A DNA stretch of 64,000 nucleotides from the human T2T-CHM13v2.0 reference genome, Homo sapiens. The stretch lies in the NCBI RefSeq assembly GCF_009914755.1, contig NC_060929.1, one strand, 5' to 3'. The notes under the pieces were generated by a model. It made no database searches. It saw nothing but the letters and a program-made list of their open reading frames with translations, and was not told the DNA's origin. Of the stretch, positions 13,731-25,313 are shown in pieces; positions within the stretch are counted from its first letter, which is position 1, and every line of letters starts with the position of its first letter. Both the position numbers and the translations under genes were made by a program.

Positions 13731-14773
13731 ATTCTAATTTTCTGCTTAACAATAAGATTGTTAAATAACCTCATTACAATCAACTCCTTGCGAAGGAAAA
13801 TAAGATTTATCGGTTTTTCTCAGGGTTTGTGCAAATTGTCTAAAGAAAATCCTGAGCATTTTAACATAAATGTATGTGTGTCTCCTAGAAGACAGCAATA
13901 ACAGAGTTTTTGTGTAGAAGAGGGTAAATGAAAACAATTGGCTTGTAAATGGTAACTTGAAGACCATTCTGGAAAATTTTATCTGGTAAAAAAGATGATG
14001 GTGGGGACTAGTGGGTCATTTTGACTGGCAAGGAAAGATAAGAATTAGTGGCACCCTTTTGCAACAATTCTCTTTTGAGGCATATGGAATTAAGAAATCA
14101 CCTAAAACCTGCTCAGTGCCCATTATTAGCAGAAACTCCAATAGAGTTCCAATATAACAACCTCTGGCCATTTCCAACCTATCTACAGTTACTTTTGCCA
14201 AATCTCCAAACCACCTCTACTTTTATTTAGTAAGCATAGTTTCTTAACTAGAAACATATGAAATGAATACGAGACAAAGCACTGGTTAGAAAACACTGAT
14301 TTCTACAGGTTCTGAAGACTATATGTTTAATGGAGGTTTTAAAGACAGCACCCAATTGTGAGCTTTTTCTTGAGGTACCATAGGATTTTTAAAAGATAAT
14401 ATATTTCTTACTTTGTGACTCGATGTTATTTAAAGTTCAAATTGCACCACCTGAAAACATCTTTTACCCTCTGCATTTATACTTGTACCCTCTACATTCT
14501 AGTAAATGCTGATCTACATTATCAAAATATGTTTAGGACATAGGACCCACCCCTTTGAAGTTTACAGTGCACTCATGGAGAAAAGACAAGCACAACCATA
14601 ATTATAGTATATAATACATCAATGAAAAGAGATAAGTAACCCAAGGAAAGTATACAATATTATAGAAGAGCAATTTAACGAAAGCAACAATGGATTCCTT
14701 CTGACTTGGAACTCAAAAAAGACCTAATGAAAGATGTGTTGTTTGATACAGTATTTAATTCTTTAAGGATTAA

Positions 14774-15118
<345 letters not shown>

Positions 15119-15459
15119 ACAGAAAGCATTTTTAGAAGCAGGACGGTATCTAGCATGTTCAGAAAATGGTATGCACTTCAATTAAGACATTAGGTAGTAT
15201 ATAGGAGTAGAATAAGAAAATGTTAGAGAGGTTGAGGCAGAGTGTAGGATACATTGTTCCAAGATAAGTAATTTGGCCATTTGGGGGCAGAGAGTAATCT
15301 GATAAGAACTATGGAGTCAGATTAATTTCACAATACGGTACAGAATAATTGGTGATGACAGACTTAAGATGGAAAGACTATTGTTGTGATCCAGAAAAGA
15401 AACAGTAGAGATCTGATTAGACTAGTGACAATGGAAACACCAGTGGTAACAACAAGAAT

Positions 15460-15680
15460 AATAATAGCCATAATTATTAAGGCCTTCCACAGTGGGCACT
15501 GTATCAAAGCCCCTTTCATGGACTGCCACATTAATATTGATAAGAACTCTTTGAGGTATGTAATATTTTCATCTTCATTTTATAAATGAGAAACAGACCA
15601 AAGATCCCATACAGAATTGAAGTTTAGATACAGGTCACTTAATTCTAAAGGCTCAGCTTTTAACTATAATGCTATACTAT
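15460..15680 (-). mobile_element. MIR, within degraded L2-like sequence spanning about 14500-15850
   Basis: ataatagccataattattaaggcc...cattttataaatgagaaacaga...ctttaactataatgctatact. Confidence 0.65.
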
Positions 15681-16519
15681 ATGGAAATGTACAAAAGTAG
15701 CTCATTTAGAGCTATTATAGTGTCAAAGTGAAATGGCTTGTGACTTATTTGATGTAAGAATTAAGGAAGAGGTCAAGGTTAATACTAAAGATGTGAGCAT
15801 AGGCAAATGAACTGATATTGAAAAGAGGAAAATTAGACAAAGGGACAGTACTAATAGAATACCCAGGAGGTAACATAAAAATATAATAACAATGCTTTGT
15901 AATTTGGAGAAAAATTAAGGTACCAACTTTAGTGTATGACTGTTACTGTGCCTGACTTCTGAGAATATGATCCAATTTTGCCCTAAAGTTACTTCTGTTC
16001 TAAGAATCAAATATCTGGAAATGGAGAATAGAGTTTCGCTAATTTTTTTCTAATACAACTTTAAGTACCTTTATTTCAAAAGAGATGCTTTTCTATTTTA
16101 TCTTTTAGGAAGAGGAATTGTATTTTTTTATTTCCTCATTAGTAAGCTCACTGCTATTTGTAACATTCTTTATGCTTTACAGTAGCAATTATACTTTCTA
16201 GTCCCCTGCCTAGCTTAATTAATGTCTAGTTTGTTAAAGAAAGAAGTATCTTCAGCTTTACTCTAGGGTAAGGAACAATGTAGCTACAAACTACTGATGA
16301 TGGATCAGCCTGGGGACTAATCATTAGGTGTATCCCGGCAGTGTGTAATATTAATTTGTGCTTATATTATTTAAATGAAAATCATGTTTGATCCTCCATC
16401 TCTCTTTTAGAGTGAAGACCTAAAATTCCCTCAGATGCATCCAAGAAATCATCTAGTCAAGAGTAGGGATGATAGGTCTAAGTACAAGAGAAGAGTTCAG
16501 CTTCAGGCTACTTGGGTAC

Positions 16520-16740
16520 TAGTAAAAGCTAACATTTTCAGTGTGCCAGGCAACATTCTAATTGCATTGCATATATTTGTGGCTTTATTCCTTCCATATT
16601 TTTGAGGCAGATATTGTTATTGTTTGCTATTATACACCTGTGGAAAATCTGAAACACTGAAATGTTGTTGAACTAGAAGGTTGTAGAGCTGAGTTTCAAA
16701 TCAGTCACTATGATTACAAAACTCATGTTCTTACACTGCC
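16520..16740 (-). mobile_element. MIR SINE
   Basis: agctaacatttt...tgtgccaggcaacattcta...agagctgagtttcaaatc. Confidence 0.6.
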
Positions 16741-17367
16741 TCTTAGATTTAGTCCTATTAAATACCAGCACCTAAGCTTAATATACATATGATACTTGTT
16801 TACATGAAATAGTAAAAATAGGTTTAGTTAAATATCTATAAAATTCAGCTTTAAAGAGTAAGAAACTGCTACAGGAGAAAAGTAAAAACTTGAATTGTTC
16901 ATCTGTTCAACACAATTTATTGAATACCTGCTACATTTAATCATCCAAATATATGACCACCCTTTATAGGATTTACCAGATACTTGGTTAAAACCACAAC
17001 ATTTTGCCATTTTTGCACAGAAAAAAATGGCCATTTAATTACCATGAAATATTTGCCCTGAACAAAATTTTTAAATAAAAGTATTTGTTCTCATTCTTTT
17101 GATGAGGAGAGTTTGGGTGGCAATTACGACAAGACAATTACTAAGTCACTAAATTTCGTGGTATGACCAGCATATGCTCTTGATTTATAGCTTTGAAAAC
17201 GAACTGCTGATAAGCCAATTGTTTTCCTCCTAGGCCTTTATGTGTTAGCTTGCCCAAGAGGAATCACACCTCAGTGATCACTGAATATCTCCAGGAATCC
17301 ATTATGCATTCAAGCGTCTTTCTCCTGAGTGGTAAAGTTCTGCTTGTTGAAACACTGAAATGACCTC

Positions 17368-17901
17368 TGCATTAGTCAGGGTTCTCTAAAGGGATAGAAC
17401 TAATAGGATGGATGAATATATGGAGGAGTTTATTCAGAGAATTGATTCACAGGATCACAAGTTGAAGTCCCACAATAGGCTGTCTGCAAGCTGAGGAGCC
17501 AGGAAGCCAGTCCGAATCCCAAAACCTCAAAAGTAGGAAAGCCAATAATACAGCCTTCAGTCTGTGGCCGAAGGCCCAAGAGCCACTAGCAGATCACTGG
17601 TGTAAGTCCAAGAGTCCAAAAGCTGTAGAACTTAGAGTCTGATGTTCGAGGGCAGGAAACATCCAGCATGGGAGAAAGATGGAGGACAGAAGACTCAGCC
17701 AGTCTGCTCTTTCCATGCCTGCTTTTATGCTGGCAGCTGATTAGATGATGCCCACCCAGATTGAGAGTAGGTTTGCCTCTCCGAGTCCACTGATTCAAAT
17801 GTTAATTAATCTCTTTTGGCAACACCCTCACAGACACACTCAGGAGCAATACTTTGCATCTTTCAATCCAATCAAGCTGACACTCAGTATTAACCATCAC
17901 A
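17368..17901 (-). mobile_element. MLT2A (HERV-L) solo LTR, probably MLT2A2
   Basis: tgcattagtcagggttctctaaaggga...cccacaataggctgtctgcaagctgagg...tcaatccaatcaagctgacactcagtattaaccatcaca. Length 534 bp. Perfect 5-bp TSD ACCTC at 17363-17367 and 17902-17906. Confidence 0.93.
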
Positions 17902-19351
17902 ACCTCCTTTACCAATGGAAACAGGTAGAAATAGCAGCTAGTAGAGGCAAGAGATGGACCCTTACCTTCTCTCATCCCAGAGGAAGTGTTCCTTATATAC
18001 TTTTAGTTCCAAGAGACTGTATTTCTTTTTTCTCCTGTTATTTTCTCAGATAACTTTCATCTCTCTCATGTTTTCTTAACTTTGAGTGTCTAAACATCAA
18101 AGAATTTCTCCTGGGATAAAAGAAAACAAAGCTAATGCAAACAAATACACATTTTCAATGGGTCTGAAAAAATCCTATCTTGATGAAAGTTAGACTCTTA
18201 TCCTAAAGCCATTATCTGCTACTCTGCACCACCCATCCCAGATGTAATAATCATACCAAATATGTGTTTTAGTGGATTGAAAAATAGACAATGCTCCTAA
18301 AAAGGGCAGCAGTCAATTATTTAACTTAAGAATGACATTTTGTCCTCTTAATTAGAAGTACAAAATGTCACTGTTTGTGGAATAGCAGCAGTTGAAACAA
18401 AATTCTTCTGCTTGATCTAGGATACAAAAAAACATAGGAAGTCTTTTTCAAAAGGTATAAAATAATTCTTGCAGTGTTCAAACTCTGTAGTTTACTTTAC
18501 CTAACTCCTTTGACTCAATCTATAGCTTGTCCTCTGTTTCAATAGCATGCAGTCTGAAATGAACAATATTTTCATTTCGGCTATAAGCTACTATTTGTAC
18601 TAGATGAAATTTCACATGGCATAATATGTATGTTTGTATTTATATCAATTTCACTTCCTGACTGGGATAGGCATGAATTGCTATGTGTTATTAAATAGAT
18701 GCCAGATTTTACCCTTGACTTGATGTGTTTCAGTAATGGATGAAAGCTTGGGAAGTTGGGGAAGTCTTTGGCAATTGTTAAAGATGAGCAGAATTGTATT
18801 AGTGAACATATTACAATTTCACAAAAGATAGCTACTAGTTCGTTTTTACAAGTCTCATAAATAGCATAGATGGTATAGCTATGCTCTGGAATTTTCCAGA
18901 TATATCATTCTACAAATGATACTTCCAATATGCATTTTTTGTTTTCAGGAATGAAGGAAATTTCAGTCTCATTCAAAGTGTAATTCAATGCTATCAAATA
19001 GTCATTTCTAATCCTTTTTTAAAGAATCTCCAGAGGCCCTTTCATCTTCCCAAGAGTACTGTTAGGAAATGTAGAAGAGAATCTGAAAAGGAAAGAAAAT
19101 TAACTTAAGTCAGTTTAATTTTACAGTAAATATTTTTTACAAGAAATCAGGTAAACAGATGATTGTGGGAATTCCAAAAATTTTGGTAAAAATGTCAAAG
19201 TCTAACTTACCCAGTTGTAGAATAAATGTTCTTTTCATCTTCCTACTAATTGTTTTTTATTTATTATTTACTACAATGCTAATATTAATGAATTTATATG
19301 AAAATGAAGTCTATATTATCAACAACGAAACATGAAGTCAAGAGTTATGCT

Positions 19352-19727
19352 TGTTCTTAGCTCAGGCTGCTATAAAAATTACCATAGACTAGATGGCTTG
19401 AACAACACCATACATTTATTTATCATTGTTCTAGAGGCTGGAAGTCTGAGATTAGGGTACCAGCATGGTCTAATTCTTAGTAAAGGGCCTTTCTTTGCCT
19501 GGTTTATAGATATCTTCTTATTGTAACCTCACATGTCAGAAAACAGAGAGAGAGAGAGTGCAAGCTCTCTTCTTTCTCTTCTTATAAAGGTACAAATCCT
19601 GCCCATGCGGACTTCACTCTCATGACTTTATTATCTCCCAAAGGCTGCACTTCCTAATACCATCACATTGGGGGTTAGGATTTCAACATATGAATTTTGA
19701 GGATGTATAAACATTCAGTCCATAAGA
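19352..19727 (-). mobile_element. MaLR solo LTR (MLT1A-type)
   Basis: caggctgctataaaaattaccatagactagatggcttgaacaac...cctaataccatcacattgggggttaggatttcaacatatgaatttt...aacattcagtccataa. Confidence 0.88.
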
Positions 19728-19747
19728 GTTAGCAAAAGGAATTAATC

Positions 19748-20141
19748 ATAAGAGACTGGATTGTGTCCTCACAAAATTCTCATGTTGAAGTTCTAATTCC
19801 CACCACCTCAGAATGTGACTGTATTTGGAGACAGGGCCTTTAAAGAGGTAATTAAGTTAAAATGATGTCATTAAGGTTAGCCTTAATGCCGTCTGACTGA
19901 TATCTGTACAGGAAGGGGAGATTAGGACACAAGCACTCATACAGACAGAGGACAGACCATGTGAGGACACATCTAGAAGGCAGCCATGTGTATGCCAAAG
20001 AGAGAGCCCTCAGAAGAAACCAAATTGTTAACATCCTAATCTTGGATCTCTATCCTCCAGAACTGGAAGACTATACATTTCTGTTGTTTGAGCTACCCAG
20101 CATGTGACATTTTGTTACGGCAGCCCTAGAAAATGGATATA
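19748..20141 (+). mobile_element. MaLR solo LTR (MLT1B-type)
   Basis: ttgtgtcctcacaaaattctcatgttgaagttcta...acctcagaatgtgactgtatttggagacagggcctttaaagaggtaattaagttaaaatga...ttgttacggcagccctagaaaa. Confidence 0.88.
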
Positions 20142-22100
20142 GCCATCAATTAGCCTCATATTCTCCCGATCTGGGAACAATTTCAAAATAGCTATATTTT
20201 AATTTCATAGTGAACCTGTTATTTCATTACACTACAACCAATTAATCCACTAGCTGGTTAGTAGTCTGACTAACTGCTCGATGATAAAGACATTTTATGT
20301 AGTCCCTCATCAAAGTTCAACAAAAAATGTCGTTGCACTGGAATGATTATGAACATGCATCCTTGTCAGTAAAACGTCATTTAACCCAAAACACATAATG
20401 AGAATTTAAATTGACTTTTCATAAATACAAATGATTCATTATTATACATAGAAAATTATCCTGTGAAGTAAAGCAACAATTGCAAACATCCTAGTACTAT
20501 CATTGTGAGCATACAGCTAAAGATAAACAACATTCAGTGAACATACTTGCTCTTTTTTTCCTTTTGTTAATAAGTATGTTCTTTGTTCCAAACCTTGTTT
20601 GCTCAGATTATTCATATGAGAAGAGAAGTTATTTATTGGAGGAAAAAAAAAACTGTTTTGCTACTGTTTGGAAGGCAGATGGAAATGTTGGGAGTATCAA
20701 TGCCAGCAAATCTCACATGTGTTACACCAACGAACTTGAAAAGTAGTGGTAGGTGCTTTACAATAGTCTAAATCATCCTGTTTGCATCATCAACATATCA
20801 CGACCTCTTTTACATTGAAATTGTTCTTGCCTAAGCATCCTACACTAGTGAAAGTGTTGAAAAATAACAAAGATAAATGCAATCTTATCATCAATATTAG
20901 CCCTTCCTGTGACTATTAATGATTTTGTGTGTGTGTGCATGGAAGCTTGTTAAAATAATTGTGTATTTGATTTCAATGAGTCTTCATTTAAGGGAGGTAG
21001 AATGTGTGTTTATTATATTATTATTATTATTCCCAAACATAACTTATTTTGTGGACATTTGCTCCCACTGCTTATGTTACTTTAGACAGTTTCTGAAGTT
21101 GCTGTGACTCATAGCAAAAGGCAGAAAACTTCCTTCATTATTCCAGAGAAAAAATTATAAGGCTACTATTATATGAGTTGTTATATTTAATTTTGGCTTG
21201 TGTAGCAGTCTCTGCACCATGAAATTTCTGTTTAGTTTATGAGAGATAAATCACTATTTACAGTCTCCATCATTTGAAACATTTATTCTTTTGTATTCAT
21301 TTTCTTCTTACCATGTTAAAATCCACTATTTATACATGTTAAAATAGAAACATCGCTCTCTATTTGCCATAAAAAAGAAATAATGGCTTACATTAGTGAT
21401 CAAACTATAACTATTTGAATTGTAAACTGTATATGAAAATGGGCTAGAAGATTAATCTTTCAGTGAATGATGCCTAGTCAATATTAAGTGTACTATGGCA
21501 ACTAGTCCAAACTGATCATCCGATTGCATAAAGTAACTTTTACCTTTAAACAAATATTTGAGGTATAATTTGCCTTTGTATACCACAATACTATCTTTAC
21601 AAAAAAGCTCTGAACAGAACTATAGATACTATTATTTGTTCCAAATGTGAAAGATAAAATGTATCATGTCATCTATCACATATTGATTTAAAGACATCTA
21701 CAGTATGTTTCTGGAAAATATTCTACACACTGACAAGAATAAGCAAAGAACACCTATGTTTAAGGAAATAAAGAAATCAAAGAGATAACTAGAATCCATT
21801 TGAATTTAACAAAACTTCAATTTTCAGGGCATACCAAATGAACCAGCTTGATTACCTACAACACTCCAGGCAGTCACATTCCCCTGGCCTAAAAAAGAGC
21901 ATCTGCTTTGGACCCCACTCCTGTTTTGCTTCTTTATCTGCTTCAATGTTAACATGAATTTGGGGGGATTTCTGGCTACTCCAATGAAAAGCAAAGGATC
22001 AAAAACACATCTTGGAGCAAACTGTGATGTGTTCTCTAGTCTTGTTTGGCCATGTCTACACTTTTGTCTTCTGCATTCCTAAGTCCAGATTAGCTCTGCA

Positions 22101-22144
22101 GTGTGTGCATATGTGTGTGCATGCACACGCATCCGTGTGTACAC
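22101..22144. repeat. Alternating purine-pyrimidine (TG/CA) tract
   Basis: gtgtgtgcatatgtgtgtgcatgcacacgcatccgtgtgtacac. Confidence 0.8.
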
Positions 22145-24334
22145 AAGCTCATGTAGACCAGCATACACTAAAAGAATAAGGAGAAGTGGGACAAGAAAAC
22201 TTTATCCTGGAGTGTACAGCCTCAAGCTCATGGATCTGTGAATCCAATGTTACCCAGGTCCTTGAAATGGGAATTTTCCACACGTAAGTACCCTTTCACA
22301 GTGCATCAAATGTTGGTGCATTAGAGTAAGCTTGCAGGTTTGGCTTTTGATATAAGAAAAATTCAAAACTTAAATATTCTGGCAAAGGTAAGGCAAAGCC
22401 TCCCCTTTATTTCTTCTCAAAGATATTCTTTAAAGCCTCTTTTTATGGCTGAAGTTTTGTTCAATATTTTACAATTAATTATTTGGCAGTGCTAGTTTGG
22501 ATGTAGAAGGAGCATTTGTTAGCCAAAATTAAAGCTGGAGCATAAACTTCAGAGACTTGCAGATTTCAGAAAACTAGATCATTCACCTAGGTTCTTTTGC
22601 CTTTCCATTCTCCAAGCCATTTTGTTTTTCTTTGGATGGCTTAGATAGGTGAATGAAGCCAAAATCATACAAAGGCTAGTTAAATGAAAGGCTTTTGACA
22701 TTTAATCTGAGTTCTCTGATCTGGGAAAGAGTCTAAATTGTTTCCAGAAGAGAAAGATTCAAGGCCAAGTTCCTTTGTTAAAGCAGATTCTGACCAAAAG
22801 TCTGCAAAAACACCCACTGTGACCCTATGCAGATAATAAAGTATGGCTAATCCATCTCCACTTGCTATAATTGTATAGAGATGCATAATAGTGTTAGTGA
22901 TAAATTGCTGATCAGTCAATACTAGAGAGCTATTATAATTAGGATGGACAGTGGCCTTGGTAGGAATCAATGAGTTAGCATGGCCACTGTTACTTACATA
23001 GCTTTGGCTAAGTATCGAGTGGCTCCAAACTTGCTTAGATGAAGCATGGAGTTAGGGGTACAGGATACTGATCTTTTGGTTCCTGTGCATGATCTTTGAC
23101 CAATATGGCCTCTTCTTTACCTCTTTTTGGATAATGTAGCATTTCTGGGTTTTCCCTTCATGTGTGTCAGTTGCAAATGCTCAGAGACACTGAGGGCAGG
23201 GAAATTCGTGTCTTTTCACCATTAAGTTGTGTCAGATAAATAGCCATAGGAATGTGTTTCCCTAGTGAGCATCATTTTTCCTTCTGTAGCTCAAGAGAGA
23301 AGTTAAGAGGCTATTCCAAATATAGTTAAGAGGATGTCCACACTTGCCTTCATTCAAAAATATAACAAAAAGGATGAACAGTCAGTGGATCCCCTTGTTC
23401 TTATTACCATGAAATCAGAAGGAAAAGATGTGGCTTTCATTCAGGAAATGTTTTCAGTGCCAGTCCTAGGAAATTGGCTTGGTCAGAGGGAATATTTATT
23501 AGTGTTACCACTGAGACAGGGAGTATCCACTTTTGACTCTCTTTCCTGGTTTCTCTCATTCTGTCAGATTTTCCACCATTTTAATGTCCAGAAGGTTTGT
23601 GTTGTGAGTCTCTGTGAGTTGCTTCCACTGTAGCAATATAAAATGTATCTTCTTTTTTTCAATTTTATTGGAATATTGAGGAACACTGCACCAAACTAAG
23701 GGGCTATTTCTTCCCTTCTAATAATTCCCCTGGTAAAACCCAACCATGATTCCTGTAGGGATGAAGAGGCCATTTGCCAAATGTTGGGACCTGAAATAGC
23801 ATTCCAAGCTGGACCCAGGGGATCCAAGACCGAATCTAGCATTCGAGCTTCTACGGATTGCTCAGGAACACTATGGTTCTCTCCTATACAACTCTTCTAT
23901 CAACTAGAGTAGAGCCATCATCCAGGAAATTTCAAAGCCAATGAATTCACCATTGATTATTAGAATAATACTTTGTGTATATTTATATCATTGCCTTTAC
24001 AACATTGGATTGTAATTGTCCTCTATCTTTATTTCCCTTAGAATTAGTTGAAAACAGGTATTAAGCTTTGTTTGTTTATGCCTTTGTATCTATATGCAAG
24101 CAGTAAATATTCATAAATGTAAAAATTAGGGGTGGGGAGTAGACATTGGCTGTAGTGCATTATGCTGTCTGTAATTCAAAATTCCTCCCAACTAATGAAC
24201 CATCTTAATAAAGTTTTTATTGACTGTTTATTTCTACCTTGTTTTTAAAGATTATTCACAAATGATACATTTAATTGAGTTGGATCTCTAAATCTTAATG
24301 TCCTTTATCTTCCCCCTCACATAATTACTAGAAA

Positions 24335-24490
24335 TAATAATAACAAAAAATGACTAACTTTTAGTCAGCATTTCTTATATTCCAGGTAGTGTTCTAAGTG
24401 TCCTATGCATGTAAGTTTTTTAAAATCATAGAACAATTTTATCGAGTAGTTTTATACATTTCCATTTTATGTAAGAAAAATTAGGTCTGA
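24335..24490 (-). mobile_element. MIR fragment
   Basis: agcatttcttatattccaggtagtgttctaagtg...ccattttatgtaagaaaaattaggtctga. Confidence 0.55.
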
Positions 24491-24519
24491 AAATCCCCCT
24501 ATAGTCAAAATGTTGGTGT

Positions 24520-24870
<351 letters not shown>

Positions 24871-24885
24871 AATTTTGGTATTTTT

Positions 24886-25313
24886 TGACCAAGACAGTAG
24901 CTTTAAAGGTCCCTCAGCTTGACTAGACCTTATGCAGTTGACTATAGGCCCCGACCTCTTTTTCCTTAGAAAATTCGCAATTGTAAATTATTTCTTTGCC
25001 CCTTTTTAGGTATAAATCTTCTCCCTGCCTCTTGCCAGTTTTATAACCCACGAATGTCTTTCTCAAGGACATTCACTGGGAGCCATCACTGAAATATAAT
25101 CATCAAGATAGTGCCCCTATCTCTCAGTCTCTGTAGGAGGGTAGGAGGCTAACTTCATAAGCAACACACAGATGACCTAATCACAATGACCACCCTCCCT
25201 CAACATCTTCCAGTACTTCTCGGTTTCTTAAATAGTCTTGACATCTATTGCAATAGTTTTCAATAAAGTCATCCTTCCTATTAAACTCTGTCCAGTGCAA
25301 TTTTTCTTTGACA
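24886..25313 (+). mobile_element. ERV1-class solo LTR (MER31/MER67-like)
   Basis: TG...CA ends, AATAAA at 25262, 3' end tccagtgcaatttttctttgaca, internal cctcttgccagttttataaccc...tttctcaaggac...gggagccatc. 4-bp TTTT flanks fit an ERV1 TSD. Confidence 0.75.
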
